Below are positions 15,612-27,330 of a stretch of DNA of 64,000 bases, piece after piece. Position numbers and translations under genes: made by a program. The notes under the pieces are model-generated. The model made no database searches, was not told where the DNA came from, and was given only the letters and a program-made list of their open reading frames with translations. The number at the start of each line of letters is the position of its first letter. Positions within the stretch are counted from its first letter, which is position 1. This stretch comes from Octopus vulgaris (taxonomy: Eukaryota): NCBI GenBank assembly GCA_951406725.2, contig OX597837.1, forward strand, positions 3,782,001 through 3,846,000. The letters are read 5' to 3'.

Positions 15612-15762
15612 CCCCCAGCAGCAGCAGCAGCACCACCACCACCACCACTGCAACCACCATCACCACCACAACCACTACCACCACCACCACCACCACCACC
15701 ACCGCCACCACCGCCACCACCGCCACCACCACCACCACCACCACCACCACCACCACCACCAT
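15612..15762. repeat. (CAG)n(CAC)n
   Basis: Directly visible. Confidence 0.9.
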
Positions 15763-15810
15763 CTCCTTCATCCCTTCCTTCCTCTCTCTGATTTTTCATT
15801 CAACTATATT

Positions 15811-16030
15811 TCTCTTTCTCTTTTACTTGTTTCAGTCATTTGACTGCGGCCATGCTGGAGCACCGCATTTAATCGAGCAACTCGACCCCGGGACTTATTC
15901 TTTTGTAAGCCCAGTTCTTATTCTATCGGTCTCTTTTGCCGAACCACTGAGTGACGGGGACATAAACAGACAAGCATCGGTTGTCAAGCAATGCTAGGGA
16001 GACAAACACAGACAGACAAACTCACACACG

Positions 16031-16105
<75 letters not shown>

Positions 16106-16229
16106 GTAAGCCCAGTTCTTATTCTATCGGTCTCTTTTGCCGAACCACTGAGTGACGGGGACATAAACAGACCAGCAGCGGTTGTCAAGCAATGCTAGGG
16201 AGACAAACACAGACACACAAACTCACACA

Positions 16230-16287
<58 letters not shown>

Positions 16288-16449
16288 TATATATATACAC
16301 GACAGTTTATGTCTACCAAATCCACTCACAAGGCTTTGGTCGGTCCGAGGCTATAGTAGAAGACACTTGCCCAAGGTGCCACGCAGTGGGACTGAACCCG
16401 GAACCATGTGGTTGGTAAACAAGCTACTTGCCACACAGCCTTCCTGCGC
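15811..16449 (-). mobile_element. SINE family B with internal tandem duplication
   Basis: Segment gtaagcccagttctt...ctcacacacgc is present twice (~15905-16032 and ~16106-16232). Confidence 0.9.
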
Positions 16450-16859
16450 TTTATTATATTGTTATAATATTTTAAAAAAAAGCCGAAGAGCATGTCTCTA
16501 TTGTTGTTATTATAACAAAAGTATTTTACGTAAGAAGCCATTTGCGTCCTTTGGCGCCAAGAAAATATCTATTTCCTAATCACCCACACATTATCGTATT
16601 AGTGAGGAACGTGCTTAAAGCTAAACACGGAGAAGAATGTCCTTAAACATTGTAATCCTTATGATGTAACGAATATTGCTGTCTTTCGTTTAATATAATT
16701 ATATTAAGTTCATTAGCTTCTTTGTCTCCGTGAATGAATGTGTGTGTTATGTATAAATAATGCAAATGCAGCGCGGCAGATTATGACCAACACTTCATAC
16801 TAGAATTTTGTTCTAGTTATCTATAAAGCCGTAAAGAATCTGCTGCTACTATGACCCAA

Positions 16860-17422
16860 GACTACACCACGACGATCACCAGCAGCAGCAGCAGCAGCAG
16901 CAGCACCACCACCACCACCACCACCACTACCCCCTCCAAAACCACCATCAGCACCACCTCCACCTCCAAAACCACCATCAGCACCACCCCCACCAGTCCA
17001 CCACCATCAGCACCACCTCCACCTCCAAAACCACCACCACCACCACCACCACCACCACCACCACCACCACCACCACCACCACCACCACCACCACCACCAC
17101 CACCACTATCACCACCACTACAATCACCACCAGCACCACTACCCCCACCAGTCCACCACCACCACCACCACCACCACCACCACCACCACCACCACCACCA
17201 CCACCACCACCCCCACCACCACCCCCACCACCACCACCACCACTACCACCACCACTACGATCACCACCAGCACCATCACCACCAGACCACCAGCACCAGC
17301 ACCACCAAGACCACCACCACCAGCACCATCACCACCAGACCACCAGCACCAGCACCACCAAGGCCACCAGCACCACCACCGCCGCCGCCACCACCAGCAC
17401 CACCACAACCACCACCATGCCA
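16860..17422. repeat. (CCA)n-rich low-complexity tract
   Basis: Directly visible. Confidence 0.9.
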
Positions 17423-17569
17423 CTAGCTTTCTCGGGCCACTTTTACCGGGTCCACTGATTAATCTACAGCTGTTCTGCTGTATGGGCTCCAAATGTTTAG
17501 CCGATCAGAGTATAAACCGACAGGATTATCCGCCATCTTTCTAGCAATACATTCGATCGGTTTTTTTTT

Positions 17570-17760
17570 TGGAATTCGATACATCCCTCAACCACCGACA
17601 AACTTATAGAATCAAAATACAGCACAGAGACCTTAACATTCGGAAACATTTTCTCACGCCCAGAATCAAGGAAATAGTGAATAAATTACTCGCGTCTGTT
17701 GTTAGAAGTAAGGACATTGTGTTCTTCGACAATTTCCTGTTTCCTGTAACTCACCAACAG
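17570..17760 (+). mobile_element. Degraded CR1/L2-like ORF2 3' end
   Basis: TYRIKIQHRDLNIRKHFLTPRIKEIVNKLLASVV resembles the CR1 C-terminal RKHFF..R....WN.LP..VV motif. Confidence 0.5.
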
Positions 17761-18083
17761 TTTAACAAGTCTATATAATTTGACAGCTCACATTATATAC
17801 ATCATCTCAGCAAAACCTTGTGGCATTACTGTGTCTTATGCGCTGGCAAAACTGTCTGTCGCTCAATTAATTGTTCCAAAGACAACCTTGCAACAGCATA
17901 CACTAATACTTTTGCAGTAAGACTTTCTCATCTGAAAACAGAATTTTGTATCTTTATTTCCATAAATAAACATTACGCAATGGAAATATTTATGTCCTAT
18001 GATACAAAGTAAAAAAAATTGAACTTGTCTTTTTCAAGTATATATATATATATGAATTATGAATAATCCCTCAATATTTGTCC

Positions 18084-18125
<42 letters not shown>

Positions 18126-18220
18126 TACACACACAAATACACACACACACACACACAAATACACACACACACACACACACAAATACACACACAAATACAC
18201 ACACACACACACACACAAAT

Positions 18221-18254
<34 letters not shown>

Positions 18255-18255
18255 G

Positions 18256-18457
18256 TGACCGCGTGTGTACCGTTGGCGATTTTTTCCTCCATCTTCCCTC
18301 TCTGGATCTTTCCTTTCCGTATGTTTCTGACGAAGAGCTCCACTCGAAACGTAAAACCCTCCTTCTTCCCTTCCTTCCTGAGCCTCCAATAATACTATAT
18401 TGGTTCCACGTCCTCGCGTTGTTGTCTTTTCTCTTTGTGTTTTCATGTTTGGATTAA

Positions 18458-18460
<3 letters not shown>
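18256..18460 (+). mobile_element. Penelope-like short element between microsatellites (family H1)
   Basis: Related copies on the minus strand at ~36235-36433, ~50360-50562 and ~20895-21060. Carries a hammerhead motif. Confidence 0.7.
18323..18357 (+). ncRNA. Minimal type I hammerhead ribozyme
   Basis: GTTT CTGACGA A GAG-CTCCA-CTC GAA ACGT A|AAAC: stem I, core, stem II, palindromic stem III, GUA cleavage triplet. Confidence 0.8.
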
Positions 18461-18496
<36 letters not shown>

Positions 18497-18499
<3 letters not shown>

Positions 18500-18795
18500 G
18501 AGAATGAGTTAAAAACCAAGGCAGTAAATAGATTTAAGTATTAATTATTGTAGAGAAGATATGAAATACAGAGGGAAGTAAGAGAATGAATCTTTCACTT
18601 CTATATTCATTCCCTTTCTTCCCTCTGCATTTCATATCTTCTCTACAATAATTAATACTCAAACATTTTCTCGCACCGTCTCTGATGAAGGAATATATAA
18701 AATATCCTGGAAACAGCTGTAAGACCTTTTCTTGATAAATGTTATGAAATCTACTTACTGCTTTGTGTTTTTTTTTGTCTCATTCTTTCAACTTA
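18497..18795. mobile_element. Fold-back Penelope-like mini-element (family H2)
   Basis: Inner IR 18537-18591 / 18605-18659, outer IR ~18500-18535 / 18747-18787, flanked by (TA)n. Confidence 0.75.
18678..18725 (+). ncRNA. Type I hammerhead ribozyme
   Basis: GTCT CTGATGA AGGaATAT..ATATCCTg GAA ACAGCTGT A|AGAC. Confidence 0.8.
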
Positions 18796-18946
18796 TATAT
18801 ATGCATGCTAATACATGACCCAAGCTGGACTCCTCACTCGTATCATTATCGAGCCTGGAGCTTAACCATGGTCTATCTATAGCACTTACTTAGCGTTAAC
18901 CCGATACCTTTTGGGTCTTCCTGGCACCAATACCTTTCATACCGTT

Positions 18947-18988
<42 letters not shown>

Positions 18989-19065
18989 GAGAGAGAGAGA
19001 GAGAGGGAGAGAAACATAGGTGGACAGATTCAAACAGGTTGGCAGACAGAGTCAGACACAGATAG

Positions 19066-19121
<56 letters not shown>

Positions 19122-19843
19122 TAGATAGAGAGATAGATAGATAGATAGATAGATGACACTCGGACACATCTTTTTCTTTTAAATGTCAAATCGGAAATTT
19201 TGATCAATCTATATCCTGATATATACTTAACTGCACACACATACACACACACACACACATTTAAAAATAGGATAAACTCTCTATAAGAATTTACGAAGTA
19301 GTCAGCGTGAAAAACCTCACAAGGGAAAAATTCATAATTATTCCCTTTAAATATATTTATTTATATTAAAGGACATTACTACACATAAATGCATCACGCT
19401 ATGAGGGACTCTTAAAGTCAAAACTATTATAATGAATTATATTTGCTTATATCTATGTATGTATTTGAATATGTATATGTATATACTTTAGATAAATACG
19501 ACTAAAGGTGAAGACAGACTTGTGCTCCTCTCTTTGACCTGCATACCTTTTAAGCTGAGAAATTTTCTGTTGGATTAGAGCAACTTTTAATTAATCCCAT
19601 GCCTACAATTTGTCCGTGTTTCTGTTTCTCGATACATGTATAAAACCCAAACCTAATTTAGATCATGTGTTTATTCGTTAGTATTTCAAGATATTTTTAT
19701 GTAACTTTGGTGAATATATCTATTAAAATGAGATGTCAGATTTATTTTAATTTTCTCGTAACTTATGCGACATTTTATTCACCTCACCTTGTATATATAT
19801 ATATATATATGCATATATATATGTATATACATATATATATTGT

Positions 19844-19893
<50 letters not shown>

Positions 19894-20030
19894 CCAACTA
19901 ATTCGGACAGTCCTATAGTATTACTGTTGTTTTTAACTCCAGAAAGACATCTCCAGCTGGCTAATGACATACAGAGTCCGATTAGTATTTGCGAGGGAGG
20001 TCATCGCTCCCAATTCAAGCGTTACGTGAT

Positions 20031-20076
20031 ACACACAGACCAGAGTTTCTGGTGGTTACCCGTCTTCAGTGTGTGT
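20031..20076 (-). ncRNA. Type I hammerhead ribozyme (GUC site)
   Basis: Minus strand ACACACA CTGAAGA CGGgtaaccaCCA GAA ACtctgGT C|TGTGTGT: 7-bp stem I, one mismatch in stem II. Confidence 0.7.
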
Positions 20077-20390
20077 CAACCATTGGCTAGTGGTCAAGAA
20101 CTCATTCCACTCGCAAACTACTATATCCTTTTTCTAGCCACACACTATCGCTGAGGTTGTGAAAGAGTGAAATAAGTTATGTTAAATCTCTGAGCGAGAG
20201 ATAAACAGCAACACTACGGAACCGTAAAATTTATTTGACTACTAAATGTGGCGGTCCTATAAAGGACGGTGTTACTGTTGTTTTTAGCCCCAGGAAGACA
20301 TCTCATCCAGTTGGCCAACGTCAAGCAGTCTGTGTCTGATTAGTATTTTCGAGGGAGGTCATTGCTTCCTTCTCTCTAAATATATAGCGA

Positions 20391-20487
<97 letters not shown>

Positions 20488-20514
20488 GTCTATCTATATA
20501 CATATATGTATATG

Positions 20515-20556
<42 letters not shown>

Positions 20557-20557
<1 letters not shown>

Positions 20558-20845
20558 GAGGCGCAATGGCCCAGTGGTTAGGGCAGTTGTAGGATCACGG
20601 TTTCGATTCCCAGACCGGGTGTTGTGGGTGTTTATTGAGCGAAAACACCTAAAGCTCCACAAGGCTCATGTAGGGGGTGGTGGCGATCCCTGCTATACCC
20701 TTTCGCCATAACTTTTTCTCATCCTTCCTTCTGTTGGCCTGCTCGCTTAGCCAGCAGGGTGGCGTCATCTGAAGGCTAAATCAATGCAAAGCGCATTGTG
20801 ACCAGCGATGTGTAGCAACATCTGATAGTTTGGTCGGTCACGGTG

Positions 20846-20847
<2 letters not shown>
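20557..20847 (+). mobile_element. SINE family A
   Basis: ggaggcgcaatggcccagtggttaggg head; 3' part shared with the 43137 copy. Confidence 0.85.
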
Positions 20848-20876
<29 letters not shown>

Positions 20877-21002
20877 TGTATGTATGTATGTATGTATAAC
20901 TACATGAAAAATAACACGAATATGATGTAAAAAACAAACAGTGTATTATGTTTCTGCTCGGATGATAAGGAAAAATGAGAGCGAAAAAAAGGAGGAAAAG
21001 GC

Positions 21003-21038
21003 TTTTAACGTTTCGAGTATACACTCTTCTTCTGAAAG
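21003..21038 (-). ncRNA. Degenerate hammerhead (U4A)
   Basis: Minus strand TTT CAGAAGA A GAGT-gtat-ACTC GAA ACGT T AAA. Confidence 0.55.
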
Positions 21039-21302
21039 AGAAGGCTGACGGAACACACGTTTGTACAGTTGTTATTGACTGGCATAACAATTCAAACAGA
21101 TCAATGGTATTCAATACATTAAGCAGAATAAATATTTATTATTATTATTATTGTATTGATGCCGCGTTTACGACAGCACTAGCGTCTACATCACCTAGTG
21201 CGCCACCATACATATTAACATTAAATAATTACTATATAGTGAACTTAATACTATAATAGCCAGTAATATTTCATAGATATCTATTTATGTTTTATATTAT
21301 AT

Positions 21303-21945
21303 TAGCACTATGACCCGGCAACGCTGGGTCATAGTGCTAGTGCATGCATATACAGCTGCGTGCGTGCGCACATACACGCGAGTACTGTCCAAATCTCTAG
21401 CTGGCATTCAATTGGCGTATCAAATTTCGGGTATTTTCATTGGATTGTGGATAAAAAATTCACAAAAAAGTCACTTCTATTGATTTTTTAATGGCTTTGC
21501 GGGGCGACTGAGGAAATGTAAATATGTGCACAACCACCCTTGGATGACTTTGAATGACCATAGAAAGTGCGAGCTCTCTAACTAAAAAATTGTGGATTTG
21601 TATAAAGGACACACACGCAGACATTTTGCCGTTTATATATAGAGAGACTTGCGGGGTGACTGGGGAAATGTAAAGATGTGCACAACCAACCTTGGATGAC
21701 TTTGAATGACCATAGAAAGTGCGAGCTCTCTAACTGAAAAATTGTGGATTTGTATAAAGGACACACACGCAGACATTTTGCCGTTTATATATAGAGAGAC
21801 TTGCGGGGTGACTGGGGAAATGTAAAGATGTGCACAACCAACCTTGGATGACTTTGAATGACCATAGAAAGTGCGAGCTCTCTAACTGAAAAATTGTGGA
21901 TTTGTATAAAGGACACACACGCAGACATTTTGCCGTTTATATATA
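21303..21945 (-). mobile_element. Helitron/Helentron-like element with triplicated 152-bp 5' end
   Basis: Terminal palindrome agcactatgaccc...gggtcatagtgct at ~21304-21338. A 152-bp unit occurs 3 times (~21497-21945); on the minus strand the first two copies carry TCtctatatataaacggc, while the third is cut at the TA run by the next Helitron. Confidence 0.65.
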
Positions 21946-21946
21946 A

Positions 21947-22790
21947 CTAGCAGAATTGCCCGGCGTTGCTCGGGGCTGAATTGCTTGAAAGTACTGTTAA
22001 TGATTGCACTGAATTATGATGATTATTCAGGCAAATATTGATATAAGTTTACGGTGGGAGATAAGGACTTAACGATCAAACGTGTGCCATTGCATTGTTT
22101 TGGGGGAACCAAATTTCTGATGAGCATTATAGGGGCACCAACTTTAAGTTTGAGAAAGTGTGGTGGTAGTCCGGAGTGCTCAAAGGAATTGAGTACCTCT
22201 ATTGGATAGTTGATGACGTCCTCTGGGTCAGGAGTTGTATCGATAGACTGATATACATAGACTTCCCCAGGAATGAGTTTTAGCATTTCATCATTAATAT
22301 GGTGAACAGTTTTATTCCTCGGGGCCAGTATAGCCTTTTTGCCAATCCAATCCATATTCTGATAATTAGCTTGTAGATCTGGGAACACTGCATCTCTGAG
22401 ATCAGAAGGCGTCTTAACAATGGTACAAATGGAATCGATGGCAATATTACCATTTTCATCCCCTGGTATTTTGCCTTCGCCAAGTGCAAGGAGGATGTGA
22501 GGAAATGCTGCTGATGTGATATTACGTCGCATATGAGCACGCATATTGGTGTGAAGTTTGAGAGTTACTTCCCTTTATTTAAAAAAATATGCATTAAAAT
22601 GGAAAAAAATGATGGTAAATTATTTGTAAAATCATCGACTCATCGTAGACGCGCGCTAATACCCAGAAGGGCTCGATATGAATCACGGCTATAAGATACC
22701 CGGTTTTGGTTAAACTGCATCGCAAAATGTGGGAGTAGTTAGGAATCTAAATCGGAGTAGACAGACACACAACCTTTCTTTTATATATAA
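21947..22790 (-). mobile_element. Helitron derivative with Pif1-type helicase fragment
   Basis: 3' hairpin plus CTAG at 21947. ORF 22023-22544 contains KAILAPRN and LPPHFLKLKVGAPIMLIRNL..CNGTRLIV. The 5' end matches the TC-starting copy at 32172. Confidence 0.9.
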
Positions 22791-22791
22791 A

Positions 22792-24273
22792 CTAGCAGTA
22801 TCGCCCGGCGTTGCTCGGGTTTGTAAGGGAAATAACTATATAAGCATTTTTAGAGAGTTATAGCCAAAAAGTAGCAAAAAATGCATTAAAAATGGAAAAA
22901 ATATGATGGTAAATTTTTTGAAAAATCCTTGACTCATCGTAGACATTTTTAGAGAGTTACTTCCCTTATATAATAGCGAAAAAATGCATTAAAATGGAAA
23001 AAAAACGTATGGTAAATTTTTTTTAAATCGTAGACTCATGTAGACGCTTTCTTAGCCATTTCTGTTTTGGTGTCTTCAAGCCATGAAGTCGTTGTTCTAA
23101 AAGAACGCTGGTCTCCTTGACAACGCATTACGACGTTGATTTCCTTACACTCCCTTCCCCACAGGTGCAGGTGTGAGCGTGGACGCCAACTCCGCCGCCA
23201 TCGACACACCTATGGAAATATATACACGCACATTATACATACATGTGTGTATAGATGAATATATAAATACATTTAAATATCTATATACACTTTTGGGCGA
23301 TCTTTCTGTTTCTTAGAGATAACTTTAGATCTTATTTTCGTCCAAAAAAACTTTATATGGAGTGAATGGTTACCTCTATGGAAATATATACACACACGTT
23401 ATACATACATGTGTGCATAGATGAATATATAAATACATTTATATATCTATATACACTTTTGGGCGATCTTTGTGCTACTTAGAGATAAGTTTAGATCTTA
23501 TTTTCGTCCTAAAAAACTTTGTGCGGAGTGAATGTTTACGTCTATAGAAATATATACACACACATTATACATACATCTGTGTATAGATGAATATATAAAT
23601 ACATTTAAATATCTATATACACTTTTGGGCGATCTTTCTGCTACTTGTATATACTTTAGATCTTATATTCGTCCTAAAAAACTTTGTATGAAGTGAAAGG
23701 TTACCTCTATGGAAATATATACACACACATTATACATACATCTGTGTATAGATGAATATATAAATACATTTAAATATCTATATACACTTTTGGTCGATCT
23801 TTCTGCTACTTGGATATAGGTCTTATATTCGTCGTAAAAAACTTTCCTGTCACACACTCACGCACACGCACACACACACACACGCACCCTCACACACACA
23901 CACACGCACACACACACACACACTCACACACACGCACACACACACGTTAGCTTACAATTTTATTTATATATTTGCGTGTCTAGAGAGAAACAAATATTAC
24001 ATCTAGTTTCACTTTATTCGTTGCCCACTGTGTGTGTGCGTTTGCGTGTGGTGTAAACCAGACTAAGAAAAGCATTTGACACACACACCAGAATGTGAGT
24101 TTTCTGTAAATTTTGCTTAATTGGAGTTTAAATTTTAAAAACTGGACCTGGCATGACGCGATGCATTGTACTCTTAAAAATGCTAGGTAAATTGTAATTG
24201 AAGAAATCCTATATTGTAGATTTGTATAACTCCTAAAGGGAGGCAGATAAAATCTGCCTTTTATAATAAGAGA
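22792..24273 (-). mobile_element. Non-autonomous Helitron with internal 166-bp minisatellite
   Basis: CTAG plus cccgagcaacgccggg hairpin at 22792; 5' TCtcttattataaaaggc at 24273; four ~166-bp units at 23211-23848. Confidence 0.8.
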
Positions 24274-24456
24274 TGAGATTATATATGAAGAATTAACTTT
24301 TTGAAAATATATCGTTCCCAGATATGCATAAACCACAGTAAATAGCTTCGTTTCATTTACAACTTTCCTCTTGAATGTCATAATATTTTCTGTAAGCATG
24401 TATAATCGCAGTAAGAATTACATAAAGCTTCGTGGTGGAAATATATTTATTTGTGG

Positions 24457-25525
24457 CTATATAAATACATTTATATATCTATATACACTTTTGGGCGATC
24501 TTTGTGCTACTTAGAGATAAGTTTAGATCTTATTTTCGTCCTAAAAAACTTTGTGCGGAGTGAATGTTTACGTCTATAGAAATATATACACACACATTAT
24601 ACATACATCTGTGTATAGATGAATATATAAATACATTTAAATATCTATATACACTTTTGGGCGATCTTTCTGCTACTTGTATATACTTTAGATCTTATAT
24701 TCGTCCTAAAAAACTTTGTATGAAGTGAAAGGTTACCTCTATGGAAATATATACACACACATTATACATACATCTGTGTATAGATGAATATATAAATACA
24801 TTTAAATATCTATATACACTTTTGGTCGATCTTTCTGCTACTTGGATATAGGTCTTATATTCGTCGTAAAAAACTTTCCTGTCACACACTCACGCACACG
24901 CACACACACACACGCACCCTCACACACACACACACGCGCACACACACACACACACACTCACACACACGCACGTTAGCTTACAATTTTATTTATATATTTG
25001 CGTGTCTATGTGTGTAAAGAGGAAGTGGGAGGCAGAGTGAAAGAATCACTCACTACAGAAAGTGAATTACTTTCATTTTATTCGTTGCACACTGTGTGTG
25101 TGTGCGTGTGCGTGTGGTGTAAACCACATTAAGAAAAGCATTTGACATACACACCAGAATGTGAGTTTTCTGTAAATTTTGCTTAATTGGAGTTTAAATT
25201 TTAAAAACTGGACCTGACATGACCCGATGCATTCTACTCTTAAAAATGCTAGGTAAATTGTAATTGAAGAAATCCTATATTGTAGATTTCTATAAGTGAC
25301 AAAGGGAGGCAGATAAAATCTGCCTTTTATAATAAGAGATGAGATTATATATGAAGAATTAACTTTTTGAAAATATATCGTTCCCAGATATGCATAAACC
25401 ACAGTAAATAGCTTCGTTTCATTTACAACTTTCCTCTTGAATGTCATAATATTTTCTGTAAGCATGTATAATCGCAGTAAGAATTACATAAAGCTTCGTG
25501 GTGGAAATATATTTATTTGTGGCTA
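24457..25525. repeat. ~1.05-kb tandem duplication of 23425-24460 (Helitron 5' half plus flank)
   Basis: Near-identical sequence; ORF 23663 is identical to ORF 24695, and ORF 23980 is nearly identical to ORF 25073. Confidence 0.9.
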
Positions 25526-25633
25526 TTAAATTTTAAAACTGTATGGAGTCGTGTAGCTTCGGCATAATACAATCTCCATTCATCAATTTGCTTTTCATGT
25601 ATCTCTTGTCATTTTCAGTAAGATTATAATTCA

Positions 25634-25935
<302 letters not shown>

Positions 25936-26615
25936 TATATATATATCAGTTAGAAAATATTGCCACGAAAAACGTTTTGTCTTTTTACCAATTATATACT
26001 ATTTATTTATTATTTTGTACTTTACTTATTTATTGGTATATGTTTTATCGTATATTCAATTTTTTCTGTATGGTATGATTTAATATATAATTCAGCTGTA
26101 GTGAACAGCTTTCTTACTACAGATTCTGTATTCTGAGGCATCGCCACCACAAACACACACAAACACGCGAGTGTTGTCAGAATGTAGCGTAGTATCTAAA
26201 ATTTGAACAAATTGAGAGTAAAGCAGATTTGAAAATAAACAAAAAAAAACAGAAATGCATGTTTAAAATGTAGCAGAATCTGGTAGATCAATTTTAATTC
26301 TAACTGAAAGTAAGAATTATTGATGTTGTACCAACTAACGTTTCCGACATGTTAACATTGGGAATATGGAGAAGAGACAAATATTCCGCAGGTGTGGAAG
26401 TCCGGGAAAAAGGAGTAGTAAGTTAAAGAGCGAAAGAAACTAAAATACTCGGATTAGAACAACGAGTCTTATATAATTTTGATAATATTATGAATAATGA
26501 TGATAGTTAATATCTAAAATAGATCTCATTGAAATTTAAGTTGGTTTATAAATTGTAATATTTTAAGTATGAATATCATTCAAGCATTCTGTATATATGT
26601 ATATGTATGCGTACA

Positions 26616-26653
<38 letters not shown>

Positions 26654-27268
26654 GCACACACATACACACACTCAAACACACACAAGTTAATGTCGAAGGA
26701 GATTGAGTGCTCAACACCGCATTGGTGGATGAAATTTCATTTACCTATTGGGCTATGTGTTGTGCATTGATATGTGTCACGGTGTATTGAACAGTGAAGA
26801 GAACAGTCAAGGACTCTGTCGATATGTCGATGATCGAGTTGTGGTATTTATGTTCAGAATTGAGTAAAGGACTTGTTGATGTGACTTTATCTGTGATGTT
26901 CAGAAAGAGACTTTAAAGAACTGTTGTCTTCGGACGTGTACTCTTGAAATGCTGTTGTATTATGCGTTGATCTGTTGCATGATGTATTGAGTAGTCACGT
27001 GCATGTCTTCCTTTAAATGTCTGCCTTAAATGTATTTGATGTTGTAACCATTGATTGTCGTATAAACTGTTGTTTGAATATAAGCCAGTGTCTCTGTTGC
27101 CTCTGTGCCTCTTTGGGTTGTATCTCGGGTTGTGCCTCTGTATCTCTGTGCTGAGGTTCTGGTTGCGGTTGTATCGCTCTCCTCTCTCCTCTTTGGGTTC
27201 CGTGGCGAACTTGTGAGCCGTTCGGGGCGAGCGACGACGGCGGGCGATTCCGTCCGTTTCGTAACAAC

Positions 27269-27286
27269 TGGTGTCAGAAGTGGGAT
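27269..27286 (+). other. Primer binding site complementary to tRNA-Leu 3' end
   Basis: TGGTGTCAGAAGTGGGAT lies 2 nt after the LTR end and is the complement of ...ATCCCACTTCTGACACCA. Confidence 0.85.
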
Positions 27287-27330
27287 TGTCCTGATTGCTG
27301 CGTTTCGATCGGTTCTCTTTTTTTTTCGCT

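Noticed and set aside
16851-17426. Pro/His/Thr-rich ORF resembling extensin or formin
   Set aside because: (CCA)n low complexity; no supporting splice or domain context
21497-23848. CRISPR-like array
   Set aside because: The units are whole tandem repeats without unique spacers, in a eukaryotic Helitron context
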